Of a DNA stretch of 64,000 nt, positions 25,609 to 39,594 are shown in pieces; position 1 is the first letter of the stretch; every line of letters begins with the position of its first letter. The stretch lies in the NCBI GenBank assembly GCA_000182565.2, contig KQ257459.1; one strand, 5' to 3'. Source of the DNA: Spizellomyces punctatus DAOM BR117. Taxonomy: Eukaryota. The notes beneath the pieces were generated by a model. The model did no database searches. It was not told the DNA's origin and worked only from the letters and a program-made list of their open reading frames with translations. The translations under genes and the position numbers were made by a program.

Positions 25609-27747
25609 TTGATCGAGCGTTGGGTGGTAGTAAAAATATTGAGGACGATGGAGCTGCCTTCCTCTTGCTCGAAAGCGAAAAGTTCCGCTTGCTTATGTTA
25701 TTGGCGTGGCGCAGCAGATCGCTTACTTAATCCAAGCCCGATGCTTTCAGCCCCAGGTTGGTAGAACGGAGGTTGTATTGACTTATTTTGAGATACTACT
25801 TTGAACAATGAGTAAAACTAACCAGTAAATAGGCATCAAATTCCTTTTGATCCTGCTTCTTATCCAATGAGAAGGAAAAGCAGAGGTATCAGGTTTTAAG
25901 TATATCAAAGGTGAGGAAGGAGCACTTCAGTCCGGAGCACTGATTCGAGCGCGTGCGTAACCCTCTATTCCTGTGAAGAATGGCCTATGGCGGTGATTAG
26001 TTTCATCATCGTAGTTCTATGACACTGGTAAGAAAGCTTACGTTTTTCTCTTACCGTTTCAGTCACCCATTCAGTGCTTTGAAGTGCTGATGGGTCTTTG
26101 AAGTAATGTGATGGCAGTCGATTCTGGGCCACTAGATCATGAGTGCTCGGACGTATGCTGGTTCCAGTCTTGCGCCGTCAATCTTCCCTTCCATAACAAC
26201 TTGTCAAGTCGCGATTATACTCCAAAGGTAAAAGATGGACCGACGGTGCTCGATATTGTCAGCTGTCATCAAGTCAGTGCATCTTTGAGAAAGGTGCGGA
26301 GCACAGGGAATCTTTTGCAAAGTCGGAACTTGGGACGGTTCCCGCATTCCCGCCGTAGCGCGTACTTGAGATTAGGCACAAACACCTGCCCGACCATATC
26401 TCAATGAAATAATTCCTTTCCTGCCCTGACGCTTCTGATCAATGTCAGTTATCCTTTCCCAGCCCAGAGCGGCGTAAGATCCCTTGGTCAGTTTATCATC
26501 TCTGCTCATATCTCTTCGACCGCTGAAGTGAACAGCAACTTTAATAAGGGGCCAAACGCCATTGAGAGAAACGCCTTGGTGCCCTCGTTAAATGATGGCA
26601 TTCATCGAGAACAATGGTGGAACCATGGTTTTGAAACATGACTCCCGAGCAACCGGGAAATGTTTGCTCTGCCTGCTGGTCAGGTATTTCCTTCCACCAA
26701 CTCGCGTCCAACAGAGAGCTCTGTAGTATTTGGAGAATGCATCCTCTTAGCCCTTCAGGGCAGGTCAGCTGCAACTTCAAAGATCCAGCTATGGCACATG
26801 TATTCCCATTGATATCCCATTTAAGAATGTCAAAAAATCTACCGGCCGGTCTTCCCCCGCAAATTCGTACATCATTAGCAAGGCGGGAAGTACATATCGA
26901 ACCAGACCGTTCTCGGACTGTAGAAAGAACACGCACAGCAGTAGCTGAAGAGCTTGTTATCAAGCCCGTAAAAGCTGCTGTTTCTTAATGAATTGCCGTG
27001 CATTCCAAGCAAAGATCCAATATTTATCGGCAACACGCCCGCCATACCTGAGATGTCGTCAAGAGGAAATTCCTGTTGCCTCCACAATATCCTTAGCGGC
27101 GCCAAGTTGAATGAACGTGCGATCGCATCTCTCTGCGAGTCTTCTACTTCTGATGAAGATCATACTTCATGAACCTCACCATGACGTGCTATTTCCAGAC
27201 TAGGCTCCATATCAAGTAAAACTCGGCTAGTATCAGACCAGTGGATTACATTGAAATGCGTGTAATCCTGTTCGGAATTATCTGTCCGATACCAAACACT
27301 TCATGTTTTTTGCACTATCGTTAGATTTCAACGCTTTTGCACACCAAGTTCTCTTGGTTTGATACTCGTGATGCGGTAGTTTCCTGCATCTCGCAATTGT
27401 TGATTGGCAGCATAATCTGAGGAATCAGTGACTTGCCGTAGTCGGACGTTCCTCTCTGGCCTACTGAACGACCTTTGGCAGCAATGTCACCATGCTAAGT
27501 GATGACATCGATGCTTTGTCGTCGTAAACGGAAAGCCAAAAGGACCAGTTTGAATGGAGAGTAGCCCCCCAATCAGGGCTCCTTCGCCTTTTCAACAGTG
27601 CTTGTTCCTTTGCACTTGTCAAAGGACGACGAGTTTCCATCCAAGCCATAGCGAAACGCGCAGGAGGCGCCGTGACTTTGCCAACCAGAAATGACGTTTG
27701 ATGCCGTCGTCCAACTCGCTCCGTAAACTCGTCGCTTTCAGCCAACG

Positions 27748-28602
27748 ATGACAGCGTCAAAGTTTGTAGCAGTCGTGACCGGGGGAAATAAGGGTATCGG
27801 GAAGGCGATAGTTTCTGAACTCGCTAGGCAGTACCGCGGGAATACCCCTCTGTCCATTTACCTGACAGCGAGGTCGGATGACCTGGGCCGACAAGCTGTC
27901 GCAGAAACGCAGGGGCAGTTACACGGTAGCAACATCCAGGTTCAGTTCTTGCAGTTGGACATATCGTCGCCAGAGAGCATCAACACTGCCGCTAAAAAAA
28001 TTCATGAAACTGCCGGTCATGTGGATGTCCTCATCAACAATGCCGCTATCGCCTTCAAGGGCGATGCGTTCGATGATAACGTAGCTCGACAAACGGTGGA
28101 TACCAATTACACAGGGACAAAGAATGTCACCCTGGCATTTCTTCCCTTGGTACCGAAAAATGGGCGTATTATTAATGTGAGCTCCTCGGCTGGTAAACCT
28201 AGGATCTTGTCGGAAGATTTACAGGCAAAGTTTGCGCGAGACGACGTACGTTTGGAAGATCTGGATGATCTGATGGAACAATTTATCAAGGATGTTAGTG
28301 AGGGTACATACTCGAAGAAGGGATGGCCAAAGCAAGCTTATGGAGTGTCCAAAGTAGGCGTTACTGCCTTCACCCGCGCATTGGCCAGGCTGCCAGATGT
28401 GAAAGATCGGAATGTTTTAGTGGCAGCTTGCTGTCCAGGCTGGGTAAGGACCGATATGGCAGGACCGAATGCCCCTAAGAGTCCGGAAGAAGGTGCCCAG
28501 ACACCGGTTTGGTTGGCGCTTGCTGATGTTGATGATATATTGCATCATGGAGAGGTGCAGAATGGAGGGTTTTACAAGGACCGTCAGAAAGCTGAATGGT
28601 AG
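27748..28602 (+). CDS. Short-chain dehydrogenase/reductase, carbonyl reductase (CBR1)-like, intronless
   Basis: TGGNKGIG (Rossmann fold), YLTAR, LINNAAI, NVSS, YGVSK (catalytic YxxxK), CCPGWVRTDMAG, SPEEGAQTPVWLA. Confidence 0.93.
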   Translation: MTASKFVAVVTGGNKGIGKAIVSELARQYRGNTPLSIYLTARSDDLGRQAVAETQGQLHGSNIQVQFLQLDISSPESINTAAKKIHETAGHVDVLINNAAIAFKGDAFDDNVARQTVDTNYTGTKNVTLAFLPLVPKNGRIINVSSSAGKPRILSEDLQAKFARDDVRLEDLDDLMEQFIKDVSEGTYSKKGWPKQAYGVSKVGVTAFTRALARLPDVKDRNVLVAACCPGWVRTDMAGPNAPKSPEEGAQTPVWLALADVDDILHHGEVQNGGFYKDRQKAEW

Positions 28603-28761
28603 TCAGATAGTTGGCAAAATTGGACTCCAAAATTTGGAAAAGTCTAATGTACATCAAGAAGGTGTCGAGTGTCTGCCATTAAGATATGAATGAAATATAC
28701 TATAAAACAATAATCGGGCATATACTATACTAAATACTTCGTGGACGTGCCTATGTCAATG

Positions 28762-30618
28762 TCAACTTTCAAGTACCCCATCGCCCCTTCTACCAGTTTC
28801 CTTTTCTAATACAGCTTTAACGGCATCCGCGGCCTTGACTATTAGCGCGGCGTATGTCTCATATTCGGATGAAAACAGACCCATGTGGGCGTCAATCTCA
28901 TTGAGACAAGGGTGTCCCACAGGCTCGAACAGGTGCGCTGTTTCCGGAGGCGGCAGGTTACAAAAGTGGCGATTGTTAGTAGGGGAGGCAGACGGGGCTG
29001 ATGTTCGTGCGCTGGTAGGCACACCAGATGCAGAAGTAGGGCCTGCAGAAGGTGCTGTGGTGGTTGGAGTTGGTGTAGTCGTAGGCGCCGTACCAGTTGC
29101 TGAAGCAGGGACAGCTGCTGTTGTCAAAGGCGGAAGCTACCGAGTATCGAAAGACATTAGCATATAACTCATCATATTACCAGTAGCTGTATGATCAATC
29201 ACCTCTACATAAAATCCCTTAAATGTCAGCCTCTTACGAAGTTCCATCTCCCTTCGCATCATTTCTACACGTTGATGCATATCCCGATGGGAATTAACCA
29301 ACGGATATAGGAAATGTAAATGGTCTCGGATCTGCTCAGCGCCAGATATAACATAATGGCTTGCAAGACTGGTAGCTATCATGCTCGCCGGAATATAAGC
29401 AGCTGCCAGTGGTGCCACACTAACGGTGGTGTAAGCTGCAGCTGCAACAGCCGCGCCACCTAATGCATAGCGAGCCCATCCGGGCATGCTTGAGGTTGTT
29501 TTCGTGGGGGCTGCTTCGGTCGATATGTTCGTGGCGGGTTCTTTCGCTTCTGCAGATTCTGTGGTTGTCGGTGTAGGTTCAGGTGAAGGTGGTTGTGTTG
29601 GTGTTGACGTTGGTGTAGATTCAGATACCCCTTTCACATCCTGATCCGCCATTTCTATCAAAGCTGCAATTTCTGAAGTAGACGGCGGTGGTGGCGCCGG
29701 TGGGTCCGACCGGCCAACAGCTTTCTTAGCTGCGTCGATTACCCAAGCTGTACGCACCGGCAGAGTACGAACCATGGGTAATCCTGTAGGCACCTCGATC
29801 GTTTTTGGTGCGTATGCAGTAACCGTTTCCATAGCGGCTGGAATGTAGGCTTTTGCATTAAAAATCCCTTCGGTCATGATGGCATAGGCCTTGTTTGTTC
29901 CAGCTTGGGTTATGACGTTGGTGTGTAGTCCATAGAAAGGTGAATCAAATGTTATTATTCCACGGATGTTGACCAAAAATCGTATGCCAGAATCCGGAGA
30001 ATGTTCATCCGTCCCTTCGAAGCCATCTTGTTCGAAAGACTCTGGTGATGTGTCCAAAGGAGTAGCCGTTTCTGCTGTAGTCGGTGGGAGGTTTACTACT
30101 GTCACATCCTCTTTCTTATTACCTCGACCCCATCTTCCAAACCAACTCGACACGCCCGCAGTGCCGGTCGCAGTGGTCGGAGAAACATTGGTTGTAGCAC
30201 CGTCCACCTTGGCTTGCGCATCGGCTCGCTCCAATCGCTCCTCCACTTTCTCTTTATGCAGTGCATACATCCACTGATAAGCGTCGGCAGCCAACAAGCC
30301 ACCCATGGAGTGCGCCATGAGAATCACACACTCGTACCGGACGGTTGTGGCATAAATCTCCAACCACTTCATGAGTTTCCGCACCGATTGTCCATTGTGT
30401 CCTCTTGTATCGTACCGAGGGAACATTTTAGTCTCAATCTTCCCTGTGGGAAAGCCGTGGCGTTTTTCCAAAGCCACAACGAGATGCTCCGGGAACCCAA
30501 AGAATGATTCCTCAGAGCCGAGGAACCCATGAATGAAGACCAGGAGAACCTTTCTTTTGTCACGAGGGAGAGGAGGAAGAGGCGGCTCACAGGCTACAGT
30601 ATTTGGTTCGACGGTCAT
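28762..30618 (-). CDS. Alpha/beta hydrolase (DUF676/lipase-like), one intron
   Basis: VFIHGFLG, AHSMGG nucleophile elbow, TFDSPFYG, HFCNLPP and EIDAHMGLF (candidate catalytic His). Confidence 0.85.
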
Positions 30619-30857
30619 GTGTAATGTATTTTAGCATGAAAATGCGATCAGGAGCCAAGTTGCCAAACGGCGGTCGGGGCTTTGCTGATGCGGTGGCGCG
30701 GCTCAAATCGCCCTTGCACTCTTTTGAATGCCCCGACCAGCTCCCAAAAAACGTTCCAAAAATATCAAAGCAACGACGACAATGGTAAAATGCAATGGAT
30801 TCGAGTTGTCACAGTTATAAAAGATACATTGTATGCAGTGTAGATTCATAGAGCCCA

Positions 30858-31817
30858 TCAGCTTCCCCCCAATTGATGTTGTTCAAGCGATCGTTCAAAC
30901 TTTTTGAATTCCTCTTGGGCAACGGCCTCGTGTTCGTCCAGTACCTGTTCAACACCCTGTACCTCTGGAATATAATGCTACACGAAGGCATTTGTTAAAT
31001 TGATATGAAAGAATACATTATAACGATGTGATCTCACCATCAACATGTTTTCGATTCCGTTCTTCAAAGTGACTACAGAAGAATCACAAGTTCTGCAGCT
31101 TCCCTGGAGCTTCAGCTTCACAATACCATTTTCAAATCCCTTGTATTCAATATCTCCACCATCATCCTGAATTGTGGGCCTGATTCTGGTGTCCAAAAGT
31201 TCCTTAATCATCGCAACGGTCTCGGAATCTTCAGGGAGAATTTCTGTATCTCCTCGTAATAATCCATTCCCCCCGTCTTCTCGCATAATTGGTTGTCCTG
31301 ATGCATAAAAGTCCATGATGCTTCCATAAATCTCTGGCCTCATTAGCTGCCAGTTGGCGTCTGGGTCTTTGGTTATCGTGATAAAGTCCGGTCCAAAAAA
31401 GACTGATTGGACGCCGTCTATCCGAAACAGTGCAGCTGCTAGAGGAGATGCCAAGGAATCACGAGCCGAGACGAACTCGGCAGTCGCGTTTTGAAGAACA
31501 GGGACGCCGGGTTTGAACTTTAACGATCCGGCATTTGGTGTTGACTCTGTCTGTATGAACATGGTTCTCTCTAATTTAAGGAAACGAATATATCATCAGG
31601 CTCCATTTTCTGAGCGGACATGTCAATTGACAGAATGCTTACTCTGTTGTTTGTTGCGGTGTGCGACGGGGAATGCATTGCCGCGAACTGGGGCGGGTCT
31701 TAGAGCGTTGGTCGAGAGGAGTCGAGGGGCAGTACACTGAGCGATACGAACAAGACATGTTTGAGCCCTGCGGCCAGCAAGAGTGCCTAGACGAGCAGAT
31801 AGCGTTGCAGACAGCAT
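30858..31817 (-). CDS. NFU1: Mitochondrial Fe-S cluster carrier NFU1
   Basis: Presequence exon, then [53 protein letters not shown] (CxxC) and [16 protein letters not shown]. Confidence 0.96.
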
Positions 31818-31885
31818 CGTTTTCCTGATCGTTGTCTAAATAAAATCCTTGGATTCCTCATCAACCTCCACACTATGTCATCGTT

Positions 31886-31899
31886 GTTGCCATGGCAAA
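31886..31899. promoter_or_regulatory. RFX X-box-like palindrome in the NFU1/helicase divergent promoter
   Basis: GTTGCCATGGCAAA, 13/14 match to GTTGCCATGGCAAC. Confidence 0.55.
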
Positions 31900-31945
31900 G
31901 TCATCACATCAGCAGCGATTGTTCATCTCAGACCTTCTGCACATT

Positions 31946-33886
31946 ATGCTCTCTCGCATGGGACGAGGAGCTTTTAGACAAAGTGAAATACATGTTTGTC
32001 GTCTGTTTTCTGTGCAAATCAGAGGAAACGCTGCATATTGCCGTGCAGTTGGCAGCATCCCACTACCGAACCGGCGGATAGCTGCAATCTCAACAGCGAG
32101 TGGATATGAAAGTCTGCTACCATTAGTGACAAATGCGACGACTGTAACCGGAGCATCAAAGGAAGATGTTCACCTGGGCCCCTTTGAGCGACTGGGTATA
32201 AGTCCTGAGCTCGCTGCTAATCTGGCTCGGGAAGGCATCTCGAATCCTACTCAAATCCAAATTAAGGTTCGTCTCAGCAGTCGCTCTCAAAACGAAACAA
32301 AGTCCTGAAAATCGCTGTAGGCAGTTGGTCCAATATTGGCGCAAAAGAATGTTATTGTCACCGCAGAAACCGGATCGGGGAAAACTCTGGGTAATTTCAG
32401 TCCCGTGCAAAAAGAATAACACCAGGCACGCTTTATGCTGAAATCTCCTCTTATGGCTGTCTAGCATATTTACTGCCGCTGCTCACTCACCTTCTCCAAC
32501 ATGCGGACTTGTCTCCTTCCCGTCCAAAATCGGGTTGTGCACCTTTCTCACCTCGTTTGTTGCTTCTAGTTCCCACGCGCGAATTGTGCGTCCAAATGCT
32601 CCGCGTCTTGCAATCCATTACAAAGGGTCTGAATGTGACAGCAACCTTACTCCCGCCACCCCCATCGGTCCCGCTCACGCAAATCAGATACCCGGATGTT
32701 GCTGTATCCACACCAGCAGCAATTGCCCGCCAATTTTCCAGCCCTCGTTCTATCAAAGAGCTCCTGTATAGAACTGACGCGATAGTGGTGGACGAGGCCG
32801 ACTGGACAGTGGCCGACCCGACTGGGTGGAAGTTCATTGCGCAGATGGCATCAATTAGCAGGAAAAGGGAAACACTTGAGACATCTTCCGTAACCCCTAT
32901 CCGGAAGCTCCAGTTCATATTTGCAGCAGCAACTCTGCCACCGATCAGAGCAGCGAAAGCAAAAACTCCGCGAGCTCTCATTCAACGTACATTTCAGGAC
33001 GTGATTACAGTGGGCACAACTGCCTTGCATATGCCGCCCGCAGGGTTGAAGGAGCGGTTTATTCGTTTGGTTGATGCTGATGACCAAACGTTGAGCGATG
33101 ATCAGGAGACGCAGACCAAATGTAATGCACTGATGGCCATTCTTGTAGATGCGATGAGAAAGAAAGCGGAAGCAAATGTCGTTACGAGCGATAAATGGCT
33201 TGTTTTCTGTAACTCAACCAAGCGGGCAGAGCAAGTTTTTGCCGCCTTAAGTGCTACGCAAGATGCTATCATAGCTGAGAGTGGACTTGGTGTGCCTTCC
33301 ATGGCATTCGAGGTGAATCTCGTTCACGGGGACGTGCATAGAGATGAACGTGGCACCACTGTGCTTAACCATGTTGTTAAAAACAACCACAACGCTCAAC
33401 CTGTGTTCAAGATACTCGTCTCCACCGATCTTGTGGCACGAGGTCTGGACTTCGTGGACGTTTCCACAGTAGTTCAGCTGGATTTCGCTCGAGACGCGGC
33501 TACGTACTTGCATAGAATAGGACGGACGGCCAGAGCCGGCAAAGCAGGACAAGGTACTGTAGCCCACGGGAGTGTTTTGTTCTTCCATGTCTCATGTTAC
33601 TGACTTGGATACACCAGCTATAAGTTTCGTGTCTCCTAGCGATTATCGTTTGTCGGACTTTGTGGAACGGGCATCTAAAGGTGTAGCAGACTCCAAATTG
33701 CAAACGCATGCGCAGTTTCGCACAGCCCTTTTGGGGGATGCGGAAGTGCTACGAGAAGATGACAACGACCGGACCCCGTTGACTGCGTTGTTTAGCAGAA
33801 ATCGGTCTTTTCGGAATAAGTTAAGGAAAAAGCAGATGACAAGGCACGACAGCCTCCAATCAAAAATCGAGGCTGGACAAGCGTAG
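31946..33886 (+). CDS. DEAD-box RNA helicase, mitochondrial MRH4/DDX28-like
   Basis: Q motif (PTQIQ), AETGSGKTL|AYLLP, PTRELC, VVDEAD, AAT (motif III variant), TDLVARGLD, HRIGRTARAG, and a C-terminal FSRNRSFRNKL. Presequence-like start MLSRMGRG at 31946; alternative ATG at 31892. Confidence 0.85.
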
Positions 33887-33932
33887 AACGCACATATTAT
33901 TCCCTGACCATAAATTGTCGATATTGTAAATA

Positions 33933-37246
<3,314 letters not shown>

Positions 37247-37307
37247 TGAAGAGTTCAAATGTCCAAAGCAAGTTCAACCAATCTCTGCAGCACAGTCAGC
37301 TTCGCTT

Positions 37308-37321
37308 GTTGCCATGGAAAT
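37308..37321. promoter_or_regulatory. RFX X-box-like element in the 139-bp AFG2/DPH2 divergent promoter
   Basis: GTTGCCATGGAAAT, 13/14 match to the common X-box variant GTTGCCATGGAAAC. Confidence 0.5.
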
Positions 37322-37385
37322 CTACCATCCTTCCTGCAAACCTCCAGATCTCCAACTTGACCTCGTTGCGAAACCAGAAAGCATC

Positions 37386-39498
37386 ATGACGTCCGTTCTC
37401 AATGGGCCCACTAGTTTTGCCGACGACGGCAGAACTGTGATTGAAAGAAAGATGGACACCGGGACAGCTCGGCAAAGGTCGACAGGTGTCCTGGGTGGGG
37501 ACTACGAGATCGAGCGCACCAGCCAGGTTATAATAGAACGAGGCTATTCCAAGGTTAGCATATACTGCATTTTTCTTGTCAGGATCGCTTTTTCCGTCTT
37601 CGTGCAAAATATTAACTAGTTGCATCATCTTATTTTCGCTCGAAAGATCGCTTTGCAGTTCCCTGACGAGCTTCTTCCTGACTCTGCAGAGGTGTCTACG
37701 GCACTAAAGGAACGCACGGGGAAGGAGATTTTCATACTGGCAGATACCACCTTTGGAAGGTACGTCTCAATGCTTATTTGCGTGGATTTGAGAGTATGAT
37801 CCTAAGCCTGCGTTTATGAAATAGTTGTTGCGTCGATGAAATCGCTGCAGAGCACGGCAACGCAGATCTGGTTGTTCATTACGGGAGGGCTTGTTTGAGC
37901 CCGTAAGTCTCATCCATGATTTTCGATTAGCTATCATACAGGCACGCTAAAAGAGCTGTTTTACAGAACGTCACGTTTGCCTGTGTTGTACGTTTTCGGG
38001 AAAGCACCCATTGACGTTCATGATTGCGCTCGGGCGTTTGATCACCATTTCTCTGCACAACGGAATCAACCGGTTTTGCTGATGTATGATGTTATGTATC
38101 ATCATGTGATAAGTATGTGCTATTTGCTCAAATGCAGATGCTCGGGAGGTTCTAATCCGGTGTGTTCTTTTCCAGTTTCCTTGATGGAACTTTTACATTC
38201 GCACGGGTACACCGATGTACTTCAGACGGAAGTCGAAACGGAACTTTTTGTTCCGCCCAAGCTACAGGCCACCGAGCTGGACGAACAGCGCACACCCTCA
38301 CCGACTTCGAGCGAGTGTTGTGATAAGAGCATGAGATGTTGTAAGGAAGATCTGCGTCGCTCGCCTCTCGCCTCGACCCCAAGTGAAGTCACGGAGACCG
38401 ACGAGAGTACATGTCGACAGAGCGCGTGTGGTCGTCGTTTTACCATCCCACCACATCGCACGCTGGCTGACTATTCTATATTCTATATCGGTGGCGAGAG
38501 TCTAACTTTGACCAATATCATCCTTACAAATAGTCGAAATAAGGTATTCAAGGCAATTCCTTCAGACTGGAAGCATTTTCAAAACGTTACTTCTTAGGTA
38601 TTCTCTTATGACCCCGACACGGGAGTTCACCGGGAGGAGACCGGAGCGCAAAATAAATTATTGATGAGGCGATACTACATGGTGCAAAGTGCTAAAGACG
38701 CTAATGTGATCGGCATTGTTGTCGGCACTTTGGGAGTTGGTAAGTTCGGATGACGCATTGAGGGCTATATTTCAGTTTCGCACCCCCAAAGACAGGTGCT
38801 AACTGTCGTCTATGGGCCACCAAACAGCGTCTTATTTGTCAGTCATAAACCATATAAAGCGCCTGATCATCGCATCTGGGAAGAAGCCATATGTACTGGC
38901 CGTAGGAAAGCCCAATCCAGCAAAATTAGGCAACTTCCTTGAAATCGACTGTTTTGTCTTGGTTGCTTGTCCAGAAAATTCTCTTCTTGACTCTCGCGAC
39001 TTCCTGCGGCCCATTGTGACACCGTTTGAGCTTGAGCTGGCCCTCGTAAGAGGAAAAGAGTGGACGGGGGATTACGAGACTGACCTGACAGTTTTGGCGT
39101 CTCGCTTGCAGTCTGGCGCAGATGATTTCGACAATGGCGCTGATGACGAAGCATCAAGCGATGAGGAACCTTACTTTTCACTGGTTACCGGTGGTTACAA
39201 GCAAGCTACGCGATATCTATCGACTTCAAACGTGCCGACACGAAGCTCCAGATCCGTCGAAGATGCTCCAGGACAGCTCACCTTGCGCAATGCTGAAACA
39301 GGCCTAACTAAGCTTTCGACACAAAGCGCTGCGGCGCAGTACTTGAACGAGAGGAGGACCTTCAGGGGTCTGGTGCCAGATGTGGGGAACACTGATGTAA
39401 CAGTAGCTGTTGATGGGCGAAGAGGTATCGCCCGGGGGTACGTCGGTGAAACAGGGAAGAGCGAACAGCTTAATCAAACGCATGACACAAGCACATAA
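37386..39498 (+). CDS. DPH2: Diphthamide biosynthesis protein 2
   Basis: YEIERT, IALQFPDELL, ILADTTFGSCCVDEIAAEH, VHYGRACLS, GIVVGTLG, GKPNPAKLGNF, VACPEN, TPFEL, FSLVTG, RTFRGL, GRRGIARGY. Confidence 0.95.
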
Positions 39499-39594
39499 AA
39501 ACTTTTTACATTAAGCTTCTACTCGGTACTAGTTACAGAATGCGATCACCGTATTTCTCGGTAGATTGCGATAAATAGGGCTGGGCAGAATATG

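Noticed and set aside
26108-27105. Short ORFs (76-140 aa) in the long intergenic region
   Set aside because: No recognisable motifs, mostly non-ATG starts, and overlapping on both strands, consistent with chance ORFs.
25609-27747. TPP riboswitch, tRNA or snRNA in non-coding DNA
   Set aside because: I did not see the diagnostic cores by eye. An Rfam and tRNAscan search is needed to exclude them properly.
28600-28650. Possible stop-codon readthrough to a peroxisomal signal in the SDR
   Set aside because: The context TAG-TCA is not a known readthrough motif, and the extension ends in GKV, not a canonical PTS1.
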